Below the pieces are notes generated by a model, which saw nothing but the letters and a program-made list of their open reading frames with translations, was not told the DNA's origin and searched no databases. The translations under genes and the position numbers were made by a program. DNA of 64,000 bases from the IMG/VR virus record IMGVR_UViG_3300027668_000008, positions 186,001-250,000 of that record; one strand, 5' to 3'. Positions 38,101 to 46,431 of this stretch are shown here, in pieces. How positions within the stretch are numbered: position 1 is the stretch's first letter; the number at the start of each line of letters is the position of its first letter.

Positions 38101-38982
38101 TGTTACATTACCTGTTACATTACCTGCTACGTTACCAGTTACGTTACCAGTAATATTACCTGCAAAGTTAGTACTTGCTGTAATTACAGTACCAGTTACT
38201 GCCGCTGGAGTAGTTCCACCAATAATACCATCAACTGCACCTGTGTGTGCACCTGCTGAATTACCAGTTAAGTTACCTGCTACGTCACCAGTTACATCAC
38301 CTGTAATATCACCTGCAAAATTTGTGTTTGCAGTAATAACAGTACCAGTTACTGCCGCCGGTGTATTACCACCAACAACACCATCTTGTGTTCCTGTTAC
38401 ATTACCAGTTAAGTTACCTGCTACGTTACCAGTTACGTTACCTGTTAGTGCGCCTGCAAAATTTGTGTTTGCAGTAATAACAGTACCAGTTACTGCCGCA
38501 GGAGTATTACCACCTACAACACCATCTTGTGTTCCTGTTACATTACCTACTACGTTACCAGTTACGTTACCTGTTAAGGCACCTGTTGCTGTTCCAAATC
38601 TTATGTCACCATAAGATGCAATAGTTACGTTACCTGCAGTTGTTCCTGCATCTGTTGTAAGCATCATTGCGAATTGGTCTTCGCTTTCGTCCCAAATCAT
38701 TGCCGCATTGTTACCAGCACCGCCTCTGTTAATGATAATACCACCATCAACGTTTCCTGCGCCACCTGATCCCAATAGCATAAATGGATCTGCCACGGTC
38801 GTGTTTGTTGTATCAACAGTAGTGGTTGAACCATTTACTGTTAAATTACCTGTTACAGTCAGATTACTGCCATAGGTTAAGTTTGCTTCCAATTTACCGG
38901 CTGTTACGTTAACGTCTGCAATTTTTGCAGTTGTTACCGCGGAGTCGGTTATCTGATTGGTTTTAATACGAGTTACGGCCAT
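35119..38982 (-). CDS. Long tail fibre protein with G/T/N-rich repeats and C-terminal chaperone-like domain
   Basis: 1287 aa; TGNV repeats, APGALDTLNELAAALGDD and SAQYADLAEMY motifs. Confidence 0.85.
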   Translation of the reverse strand: MAVTRIKTNQITDSAVTTAKIADVNVTAGKLEANLTYGSNLTVTGNLTVNGSTTTVDTTNTTVADPFMLLGSGGAGNVDGGIIINRGGAGNNAAMIWDESEDQFAMMLTTDAGTTAGNVTIASYGDIRFGTATGALTGNVTGNVVGNVTGTQDGVVGGNTPAAVTGTVITANTNFAGALTGNVTGNVAGNLTGNVTGTQDGVVGGNTPAAVTGTVITANTNFAGDITGDVTGDVAGNLTGNSAGAHTGAVDGIIGGTTPAAVTGTVITASTNFAGNITGNVTGNVAGNVTGNVTGTQDGVVGGNTPAAGTFTTITAGGTIDAGSNQVTNVTDPTANQHAATKAYVDSQLSGAANAINQLNSDVTVTDSGSNGLITFNIDGASEGTINSDGLTMGNINIDANTIKTTSGNLTIDPNPGGSGGTVTIEGSLTVTGTTTTVDSTVVTIADPVFQVGADSNDNLDRGITYLHNDGSAKKGYFGLDTSATEFVFIADATDTSSVFSGDLGAAAFGSMRVADLTNTRVTFSGANGELSDAASLTFNSGTGALSATSFVGALTGNVTGNSAGAHTGAVDGVVGGNTPAAVTGTVITANTNFVGDITGDVTGDVAGNLTGNSAGVHTGAVSGDVTSTGTSTFATVDVNGGAIDGAIIGANTAAAITGTTVNGTVITASTNFAGNITGNVTGNVAGNVTGTQDGVVGGNTPAAVTGTVITANTNFAGNITGDLTGDSAGAHTGAVDGVLGGNTPAAATVTTITASGNSTNAGTLSVGGTSTVAGSSLVVDSTDSVRLPVGTTAQRPASPSIGQYRFNSTSGTLEVYTGGEWNSGADFTTIAADAFNGDASTVAFTLSVTGTTATTIVSLNGVVQIPTTAYAVSGTTLTFTEAPATGDVIDARVLTTTSTIVGIADQDGDTQIQVEEGTDDDTIRFDAAGTEMFTINSSGIAGASGARITAILDEDAMGSDSATALATQQSIKAYVTSQIATKDNTDEMTEGSTNLYFTNARADARAQAKIDSLVDSAPGALDTLNELAAALGDDANFSGTVTSSLATKMPLAGGTFTGDVIAENLTISGSYTLTLGGILNANSQRLTSVATPTASSDAATKGYVDGGLAGLSQDSISEGDSKIEVTDSGTGTAVVTLDNAAHTTFNSSGITLSTGVFSGTATSAQYADLAEMYSADADIEPGTVVCFGGEHEVTTCMQDADKKIAGVVSTNPAYLMNSDADGVAVALQGRVPCKVTGAVAKGDMLVAAGNGMARAEENPAMGTVIGKALENHAEGEGVIEVVVGRM
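36720..38590 (-). repeat. Two clusters of imperfect intragenic repeats
   Basis: About 8 copies of DGVVGGNTPAAVTGTVITANTNFAG, separated by 12-nt TGNV/AGNV units. Confidence 0.85.
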
Positions 38983-39119
38983 AAGTGAATCACTCCTCTT
39001 TATTTTATGTCGTTATAAGTCTGGTCGGACCAATAGTATTTATAGGATTCACGTATTTTTTATATGCTTGTATATGGTTTAAAGGTAAATTAAATTAAAT
39101 AATTTAATTAAAGTAGCAC

Positions 39120-40388
39120 TTAATGAAAGTCTACCCAGGCACTATTTGCATAGCCCTGAAACTTATTTGTTGTGGTATTATAGATTACCATACCGTTACT
39201 TGGAGTTAGTGCATTACGTTGTGTTGTTGTCATACTTGCTAACTGTACTGCATTATTAAACGCACTTCTACTTGTTTGTATATTAACAACTTCGGTACCA
39301 CCAGTATCTAATCTGATCGTATCATCGTCTGCGCCTTCTTCGACTTGTATCTTTGTATCACTATCCGAATCAACAACAGATCTAATAGTGGTTACAAGTC
39401 CTAATTTTCTTACTTCAATTCTATCACCAGTTACTGGTGCTTGTGTAAATGTTAACACTGTTCCGCTAACACTATATGCTTGTATTGGTTCTTGTACAAC
39501 ACCGTTTAATGTTACCATTACTGTTGCACTATCGGCTGAACTGTTAAGTGTAAATGCAGTTGTCGAACCGTCTCCAGCAAATGCTTGAGTTGATATTGCT
39601 CCTGCACTACTTCCAACTGCTACCCATTCACTGCCGTCATAAACTTCTATCTTATCACTATCGTCATTAAAACGTATCATGCCTTTAGCAGGAGTTCCGG
39701 GACGTTCTGCATTGGTTCCAACAGGAACAACAAGAGCAGTTGTGCTATCAATTATTACAGTGCCGGTGCCATCAACGTCAATAGTTAAATCGTCGCCTGA
39801 GTTCGATGGAGCAATAACATTGCCCGAGAACCCTAGTGTACCTGTGCCACCACCTGTACCGTAAGTACCTGTGTATCGGGCACCCTCAATATAAACACTA
39901 GCACCACTAAAACTTTTTCCATTAGGATAGTTACTACCAATAAAATTTAATACTCCTGATTCATAATCAAAGAACCATTCGTCATTATTACCACTACCAG
40001 TAACAAAAACTTTATTACCTACAACAGTTGCACCTGCGGCATCACCTGAAGTATGTATGTAAACATTTACAATATATGTACTTCCAAACTGTGGTGGGAT
40101 CCAACCGGTTAATCCAGTTTTCCATGTTCTGTCTGCTGTTGCTGTATTATCTTCTGTACACTCTATAGCACTACTTCCAGTATAAACTGTAACAGGACTT
40201 GAACTACTACCGGGTTTAACTCCTGGTATACTAGCAGAATCTCTCCATACTCTGTCACCTCTAATTAGTAGTGGTGATGGTATTGCTTCGTTAGGAGCAA
40301 GTTTGTTAGCATTGGTGTCTGTTTTAGTTGCACCATAACCTAATTTTTTAAATAGATAATCTAGTTTCTGTGTATCTGAAATTGCCAT
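39120..40388 (-). CDS. Virion structural protein
   Basis: WFFDYESGVLNF, PVGTNAERP, GMIRFN and GDGSTTAFT modules. Confidence 0.7.
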   Translation of the reverse strand: MAISDTQKLDYLFKKLGYGATKTDTNANKLAPNEAIPSPLLIRGDRVWRDSASIPGVKPGSSSSPVTVYTGSSAIECTEDNTATADRTWKTGLTGWIPPQFGSTYIVNVYIHTSGDAAGATVVGNKVFVTGSGNNDEWFFDYESGVLNFIGSNYPNGKSFSGASVYIEGARYTGTYGTGGGTGTLGFSGNVIAPSNSGDDLTIDVDGTGTVIIDSTTALVVPVGTNAERPGTPAKGMIRFNDDSDKIEVYDGSEWVAVGSSAGAISTQAFAGDGSTTAFTLNSSADSATVMVTLNGVVQEPIQAYSVSGTVLTFTQAPVTGDRIEVRKLGLVTTIRSVVDSDSDTKIQVEEGADDDTIRLDTGGTEVVNIQTSRSAFNNAVQLASMTTTQRNALTPSNGMVIYNTTTNKFQGYANSAWVDFH

Positions 40389-43300
40389 TAGCTCGCCACT
40401 CCAATACTTAGACTAGATATACTTTGTCCACTTGTTAATGCAATCCTAACTAAAGAAACATTTCCTGTTGCGTTTGCCATATTTTCTGTTCCAAATGTCA
40501 TTGTATATCCACCACTTAAACTACTGTTTGTTGGAATAACATCTCCTCCAGTAAACGCACAACCGTCACTTCCGTTACCGCCGTTGCCAGTATCAGCGCC
40601 AGGTAAACCTACTCCACTATATTGTGTTGTACAATCTAACCAACCGTTTGCTCCACTTGAACTATCGACACCTGTGCCAGGTAATGCTATCCACACACCT
40701 GCTACACCAGATGAACTTGTAATCTGTACATCGTAGTTTGCAACAATGTTTCTTCTAAATGCAAAAGTAAAATACTGTGTTCCGGTATCACCACTTCTGT
40801 TTGGTCCTGCAGGCAAAAATCCTGTACTATAATCTGATACATTATATTCTAAATCACCCCAACGCACTGTTGCTTCTTTTGTTCCTGCAACTGTTTTGTT
40901 TCCAGTAAATAAATTATTTGTATAAAAGTTTGTTGATCCAGTAAATGACGGTGTATTAGTTGTTGCACTTGCAAAGTCGAATACACGTTTGCCGTTGTCT
41001 GTATGAGCTCCGTCACCTAAACTATTAGATACACTAATATCTTCTTCAACAACTCCTGATGGACTTGCTGTGTGTACTGCAACTAATGGACTCGATACTT
41101 CAACATAACTTCCTGTACCATTCATATTCGACGCTCTTAACTTAATAGTTTCAATCGCCGCTATACTACTCGATGTTAAATTAATTGTTTGTGATCCGAT
41201 AGCATAAGGAGTACCTACTCCAGTATCTGCAATAGGAATACCACTTGCTAACATTGTACTTGCACCATCTATGTTCGCATATGTTTTGTTTTGTGTATAT
41301 ATAACACTGCTAGAAGTTCCTTCTGCATTTGTACCACTAGCAATAGTTAATACCGAACTTGTATCTCTGTATGCTTGTCCTACTAAATTTTCTAATGTTA
41401 CGCCTGTTAATGCCAGCGTAGGGCTTCCTGTATTATAATAAGGAACACCTGAAATATATCTGTAACTTCCTGCTGATGCTTCTGTTAATGCGGAACTACT
41501 AGTATTAACTGTTGGTGTACTAGTCATATCATCATACACAACTGCAACATAATTTGTGTTACCTGTTGCACTATGTTCTAAACGTTGGTCATTAACACCC
41601 ACAGTATAACTCGCTAGAGATTGTGTAATCTTAGCATCAAACGTTTGATAAAATCCCGTAGGATACGTCGACGAACTTATACTATCATTTGCATCAACTT
41701 GGTTACTAACAACTAATGAAGTAAATGTTCCATCTTCATTAAGTGAATTACTAAACGTTTTATTACCTCTATCAACACCGTTTATTTTAGCAGTTAACGT
41801 GCCTGAGAGCCCGTTGTAAGCATTATCTACAACACTAGTGTCAATAGTCCCACTTGTGTAACGTCTTGCAGTAGTTGTGGTTAATACATCTCCTGCACTT
41901 AATGGATTCGAATCACTACTATCTGTAAAGTTTGCCGCTAGTTTAGGACTTGTTCCTACATAACTATCAGCCAGTGTTATACTTTTTGTACTTAAATTTG
42001 CTGGTGCACTAGGTATTGCTCTAACTTCAAACGTTAGTCCTGTGTCTGTATCTGTTTGTGCTGTTATATCCGGTGTTCCGTTTGCAGTAAATGACAAGTT
42101 TTTATTACCTACACTAACACTTGTAAAGTCATGGTCTAAAGTTCCGCCTATTGATCCTGGGCTGGAGCCATCTTCCGATACTACATTGTTTGAACTTCCA
42201 TCATTCCAGTTATAAACATAATCGTCTGCGTTTTGTGAAGTGTTTGTAACTCTCACCAACGCTCTGTTTACACCGTTATAGTCAACACCATCATAAACAT
42301 CATATTGATTGTCGCCACTTCTGTCACTAACTGTGATTGCTGTTCCTGAAAGGTTTGCTCTTACGTCCGGTTCAACGTGGACTGAGAATGTACTACTAAT
42401 AAACGGACTACTTGAATGGTCACTAATAACTCTTAATGTGCCTGTGTAATCTTGTGCTGTGCCATTTGCTTGGTCGCTACTACTTAATGTATATGTGTGA
42501 CTTAATGGAACACCTCTGTCACCTGCAGAACTTGTTCCTGCGTTAACTGTTACATTACTTGTTCCGTCACCAAACTGATATTGATACTGTATTCCGTATG
42601 TTGAATAATTACCAATACCTGCTTCTGAATTATTTGTAAGACTTACAACGTGTCCACTAGTACCTTCTTCATTAATACCAGTTACATCATCTAATGATAC
42701 TGTAGGTGTGTGGTCATCATAAATTTTTATTATAGCACTATCAGGACCAACTGGTATAACAGCCGGATCCGCAGTGCTCATTGTATCTAATGTAAGTTGT
42801 GTTGTAAAACTCTGTTCCGATTCTGTTGCTGTCGGAAATGTGTGCGATAGTCTTGTACCATTACTACCACCTGTTGCAGTGTCACTAGAAATTGTTGCGT
42901 TACTAGATCCATCGCCCCATATAATTGTCCACTGAACAACTGCACCTGAAATATCTGTATTAGTACTATTATTTTGGAAGTATACAGTTGCACCATCGTC
43001 CCATTTAGTAATTGGACTACCTCCGCCAGCGGCGGCATACCATGCAAAGTCTACTGTTGGGTTTGGACTGTAAACAGCAATATAATCTGTTCTTATAAAA
43101 CTTGCACTACTTCCGGTTCCACTTCCACTTGTATTACTTGCTGTAACTGTAATACTGTGTGGGCTACCTGCGTAATTAGTGTATGTGTGACTTGGACTTG
43201 TACTAGAAGTTGTTGTATTACTTGTTCCATCGCCCCAGTCGATTACATAATTATTTGCTGTACCTACTGTTGATATACTTAATATTGTGCTAAATCCTGA

Positions 43301-43810
43301 ACCACCGGATGTTACACTTGCTGTAAATGTTACACTTTTAACAAAAGTGTTATTACGAATATTTTCTGTTACTTCGTTTAAGTCGTCAATTGCGTCAGTA
43401 ACTTTAGTAGCACCTGTCCAACTTAAATACGCACCGTCAGTTGTTAAACTTCCATCAGTTGGTGTTGCTAGTGTTGTTGTCATACCTGTAACACTGCCTG
43501 CTACAGTTGAAACATCTACCCAACTTAATGTACCTGCACCATCTGTAGCAAGAACATAGTTATTTGTTCCTCCAGAGATAGTGATGCCTGATGGTGCTCC
43601 TAAGTCTAAAGGACCACTTACACTTCTAATTTGTGATGCGTTGATTGTTACGTTGTCTACTTGTAGGCTTTGTGTTGGAGAGGCTGTGTTAATACCCACC
43701 CTGTCATTCGTGACATCGATGTATAATAAATCTGTATCTACTGATAAATCCGTGCCTAATCGCTCAAGATTACTCTTAAGCATAGCACCGGAAATTCTTC
43801 CAATTGCCAT
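40388..43810 (-). CDS. Large virion protein with PKD/Ig-like domains
   Basis: Four WGDG/FGDG/WNDG...HT PKD-type motifs; Ser/Thr-rich. Confidence 0.75.
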   Translation of the reverse strand: MAIGRISGAMLKSNLERLGTDLSVDTDLLYIDVTNDRVGINTASPTQSLQVDNVTINASQIRSVSGPLDLGAPSGITISGGTNNYVLATDGAGTLSWVDVSTVAGSVTGMTTTLATPTDGSLTTDGAYLSWTGATKVTDAIDDLNEVTENIRNNTFVKSVTFTASVTSGGSGFSTILSISTVGTANNYVIDWGDGTSNTTTSSTSPSHTYTNYAGSPHSITVTASNTSGSGTGSSASFIRTDYIAVYSPNPTVDFAWYAAAGGGSPITKWDDGATVYFQNNSTNTDISGAVVQWTIIWGDGSSNATISSDTATGGSNGTRLSHTFPTATESEQSFTTQLTLDTMSTADPAVIPVGPDSAIIKIYDDHTPTVSLDDVTGINEEGTSGHVVSLTNNSEAGIGNYSTYGIQYQYQFGDGTSNVTVNAGTSSAGDRGVPLSHTYTLSSSDQANGTAQDYTGTLRVISDHSSSPFISSTFSVHVEPDVRANLSGTAITVSDRSGDNQYDVYDGVDYNGVNRALVRVTNTSQNADDYVYNWNDGSSNNVVSEDGSSPGSIGGTLDHDFTSVSVGNKNLSFTANGTPDITAQTDTDTGLTFEVRAIPSAPANLSTKSITLADSYVGTSPKLAANFTDSSDSNPLSAGDVLTTTTARRYTSGTIDTSVVDNAYNGLSGTLTAKINGVDRGNKTFSNSLNEDGTFTSLVVSNQVDANDSISSSTYPTGFYQTFDAKITQSLASYTVGVNDQRLEHSATGNTNYVAVVYDDMTSTPTVNTSSSALTEASAGSYRYISGVPYYNTGSPTLALTGVTLENLVGQAYRDTSSVLTIASGTNAEGTSSSVIYTQNKTYANIDGASTMLASGIPIADTGVGTPYAIGSQTINLTSSSIAAIETIKLRASNMNGTGSYVEVSSPLVAVHTASPSGVVEEDISVSNSLGDGAHTDNGKRVFDFASATTNTPSFTGSTNFYTNNLFTGNKTVAGTKEATVRWGDLEYNVSDYSTGFLPAGPNRSGDTGTQYFTFAFRRNIVANYDVQITSSSGVAGVWIALPGTGVDSSSGANGWLDCTTQYSGVGLPGADTGNGGNGSDGCAFTGGDVIPTNSSLSGGYTMTFGTENMANATGNVSLVRIALTSGQSISSLSIGVAS

Positions 43811-43888
43811 GTTATTCTCCTACACCACTGTTCAATCCCGGGTGAGCCTGGGTATATAACTATTTATGCTAATGATTAAGAAAGGATA

Positions 43889-44314
43889 TTATGCAATATC
43901 TGTAGCGTCAAAGCCTTCGATTGCATATATTCTATGTGTGTTTGGTGGTGGACTTGTAAACGTAATATCACGCCCACTAACAGTGTATGACGCTGTTGGT
44001 TCTTGTATAACATTGCCCACAACAACCATAACGTTATTTACTGTGCTAGGTGCTGTTGTAAAGAAATTAGTAAATGCAGTTGTTGAACCGTCTCCAGTTA
44101 CAACTGTTGTTTTTGTAACAGTAGCATTACCAGAACGTGATAAGTTTTTCCAAGCCGCACTATCGTAGTATTCTACTTTATTAGTGTCCTCGTTAAAACG
44201 AAATTCACCAGCCGCTGGATTTGTTGGTCTACCTGCTGTAGTTCCTGAAGCAGGTTGTGTAACCTGATTTCCACGTTTAATAAAATTTGTGTTACTTTTT
44301 AAAAAGCCAGCCAT
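43889..44314 (-). CDS. Small virion structural protein
   Basis: GTTAGRP, GEFRFN and GDGSTTAF modules shared with neighbouring fibre proteins. Confidence 0.7.
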   Translation of the reverse strand: MAGFLKSNTNFIKRGNQVTQPASGTTAGRPTNPAAGEFRFNEDTNKVEYYDSAAWKNLSRSGNATVTKTTVVTGDGSTTAFTNFFTTAPSTVNNVMVVVGNVIQEPTASYTVSGRDITFTSPPPNTHRIYAIEGFDATDIA

Positions 44315-44316
44315 TA

Positions 44317-44625
44317 TTAAATACTCACGTAACTAACAGAGGCAGTAATCGCATTACTTGTTCCTGAAATTGCTTGTATAGTATCAGCATTTCCTAATAC
44401 CATTTTTTCAGCATTCATAATGTAAGTGTCGCCGCCTGTAATTGTTAAATCTTTAACTATTTGGTTTGTTGCCGCGGCAGAACCACCACTTTGTACTACG
44501 TTAACAGATAATGTTGCATCAGATCCAGTTGTATTGCAAAAGAATATAACTGTGATTGCAGTGTTATTTGTACTTGTATACAATGTTGTTGATGTAGTGC
44601 CTATTTGTCCTTGTGCTATTGCCAT
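44317..44625 (-). CDS. Small beta-rich virion protein
   Basis: 102-aa ORF in the structural operon. Confidence 0.65.
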   Translation of the reverse strand: MAIAQGQIGTTSTTLYTSTNNTAITVIFFCNTTGSDATLSVNVVQSGGSAAATNQIVKDLTITGGDTYIMNAEKMVLGNADTIQAISGTSNAITASVSYVSI

Positions 44626-44634
44626 CTGTTTACC

Positions 44635-45429
44635 TTAAAATATTAATCCAAAAACTATTGCTTTTGATTTTGTTACTAATTCGTCAGTAGTATTTATGTT
44701 AGATACAAACACCCCAGAACCGCCTGAAGCAGGAGTTTTAGCATACACTTTTGTGAATCCTGCCACACCTGTTGGATCTGAACCTTGTTCTGTTATTTTA
44801 GTAACATCTACTATGTTTATTTCACCAGTACCTGTTGTACTTAAAATTAAATTCTCACCAGTAGCAGTATTACTTACTGTATTACCACTTATCTGTACGT
44901 TGCCATGTGCTAACGCCGATGCAGTTACTTCTAAAACATCAGTGCCATCTAAGTTAACAAAGAACTTACTAGTTCCAACACCGTCGTCGAATACTTCTGC
45001 TTTACTGTCGCCTTCTACAATTTTATCTGCAGATGCGCCTCCTACTTGTGCATCAACATAACTCTTAGTTGTTAAATCGTCACTACCTACCGGTGATGCA
45101 CCTCTTACTTTAGCAAAACTAGAACCTATCTTAAAATCAAATACATCATTTGCTTCATCAAAATGAATTGTAGCATTATCAACTGATCCACGATCAATTT
45201 CTAAACCAGAAGTTCCAGATGTTACACCTGCTCCTGCTTCGCCTTCGTTAAGTACAATAACATTATCTGCTATTGCAGTATTTGTTGATGACACAGTTGT
45301 ACTTGTACCTGTAATTACCAAGTTTCCGTCAACTGTTAAAGTGTGGGTATCAATAGAAACATTACCAGTACTACCGGCATCTGTTGTTATCTTATAATCA
45401 CCTAAAACTCTTTTTTCTGTGTTTGCCAT
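44635..45429 (-). CDS. Virion structural / fibre-like protein
   Basis: DNVIVLNEGE, GLEIDRG and TTKSYVD motifs; late promoter at 45451-45458. Confidence 0.7.
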   Translation of the reverse strand: MANTEKRVLGDYKITTDAGSTGNVSIDTHTLTVDGNLVITGTSTTVSSTNTAIADNVIVLNEGEAGAGVTSGTSGLEIDRGSVDNATIHFDEANDVFDFKIGSSFAKVRGASPVGSDDLTTKSYVDAQVGGASADKIVEGDSKAEVFDDGVGTSKFFVNLDGTDVLEVTASALAHGNVQISGNTVSNTATGENLILSTTGTGEINIVDVTKITEQGSDPTGVAGFTKVYAKTPASGGSGVFVSNINTTDELVTKSKAIVFGLIF

Positions 45430-45472
45430 GCATTTAAACCTTATATAGTGTATTTAGCCTTTATAAACTATT

Positions 45473-45500
45473 AAGAAAAGTTGCCCCGAAGGGCAACTTT
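45473..45500 (-). terminator. Rho-independent terminator
   Basis: AAAGTTGCCC-TTCG-GGGCAACTTT followed by TCTT. Confidence 0.8.
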
Positions 45501-45515
45501 AATATTTGCTTAAGA

Positions 45516-45968
45516 TTAAGCGTCTTCTGTGAAGTCTGTATCGTCAGTACCTGCCGCAGTATCGTCGTCACCTGCTTCTTCAACTTGAACTTTTCCGTCC
45601 GATGCTGAAACAGTAGTATTCCAACCTATAGATGTGCCGTGCAATGCGTTAGATCCAGTAGCACTTGGTTGTGCTAGTGTCATTTTACGTCCTGCAATTT
45701 TAGATACACCATAAGTTTCACCATCATCGCCTTTTACAGAAATAATCATATCTGTTCCAGTTAATGCCGCTGGTAAAATACCAGTTTTTAGTGTACGAAT
45801 GTATGCAGTGCCAGGTGTTCCAGTTGCTTTAACTGAAAACTTTTTACTACCTAGTTGCTTTGCGATATATCCTTCAACAACGGCTGAACCGTCATGAAAG
45901 TTTACTTTAATTTCTTTGCCGCCTGCTGTAGGCACTCCGAAAAATCTTTTGTTAATTGGTCTTCCCAT
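45516..45968 (-). CDS. Hypothetical protein, likely an abundant virion or head decoration protein
   Basis: Monocistronic unit with late promoter (46042-46049), AGGAG RBS and terminator; MGRPINKRFFG start. Confidence 0.6.
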   Translation of the reverse strand: MGRPINKRFFGVPTAGGKEIKVNFHDGSAVVEGYIAKQLGSKKFSVKATGTPGTAYIRTLKTGILPAALTGTDMIISVKGDDGETYGVSKIAGRKMTLAQPSATGSNALHGTSIGWNTTVSASDGKVQVEEAGDDDTAAGTDDTDFTEDA

Positions 45969-46052
45969 TTTATTTCTCCTTGATACGTTTTATGTACTAC
46001 GAGGATGGCTCCCCATAAACTCACATTAGTGTGAGCAATACTATTTATATGT

Positions 46053-46244
46053 TTATTTGTTATGATGTTTAACTGATAAATGCTTGAGTATTTTACCTGC
46101 ATTTTCACCAGACTTAACAGTGTAGCCAGAGGTTCCTCCTGCATTAACATCTACTTCTGATCTGCTTTTTTGAAGTAATTTATCTATGCGGTTTTTCTCT
46201 GCCTGCTTACTATATGCTGTAAGCATATGTGTATGTCGGCCCAT
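46053..46244 (-). CDS. Small basic protein downstream of a glutamine riboswitch
   Basis: AAGGAGGG RBS; ATG at 46244. Confidence 0.7.
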   Translation of the reverse strand: MGRHTHMLTAYSKQAEKNRIDKLLQKSRSEVDVNAGGTSGYTVKSGENAGKILKHLSVKHHNK

Positions 46245-46269
46245 AATCACCCTCCTTATTAAAGTTAGG

Positions 46270-46315
46270 TGCGTTCCTTCGCTATTGCTACTTCCGGCCT
46301 CAAAGGCTGAACGTT
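46270..46315 (-). ncRNA. glnA-type glutamine riboswitch
   Basis: AACGTTCA-GCCT-TTG-AGGC-CGGAAGTA-GCAATAGC-GAAGGAACGCA matches the glnA motif: P1 CGTTC/GAACG with E-loop GGAAGTA...GAAG. Confidence 0.85.
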
Positions 46316-46322
46316 GTAAAAT

Positions 46323-46330
46323 TATTTAGT
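46323..46330 (-). promoter_or_regulatory. Late promoter (ACTAAATA) upstream of the riboswitch
   Basis: Motif match directly after the capsid terminator. Confidence 0.65.
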
Positions 46331-46352
46331 CATAATATCTGAGTTTTTACTC

Positions 46353-46380
46353 AAAAAGAAAGGCCCCGGAGGGCCTTTCT
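46353..46380 (-). terminator. Rho-independent terminator after the major capsid gene
   Basis: AGAAAGGCCC-TCCG-GGGCCTTTCT followed by TTTT. Confidence 0.9.
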
Positions 46381-46431
46381 AATATTGTTTCAGTTAGTTA
46401 ACAATAATATCCAAAAAGGATAATATGTATA

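Noticed and set aside
36720-38590. CRISPR array or DGR template/variable repeats
   Set aside because: The repeats are in-frame coding units with synonymous variation; no spacers, reverse transcriptase or adenine-specific pattern
35283-38614. Many + strand ORFs over the fibre gene (similar ones at 52926-55442 and 49388-50059)
   Set aside because: Antisense shadows of repetitive, codon-biased genes; no RBS or promoter
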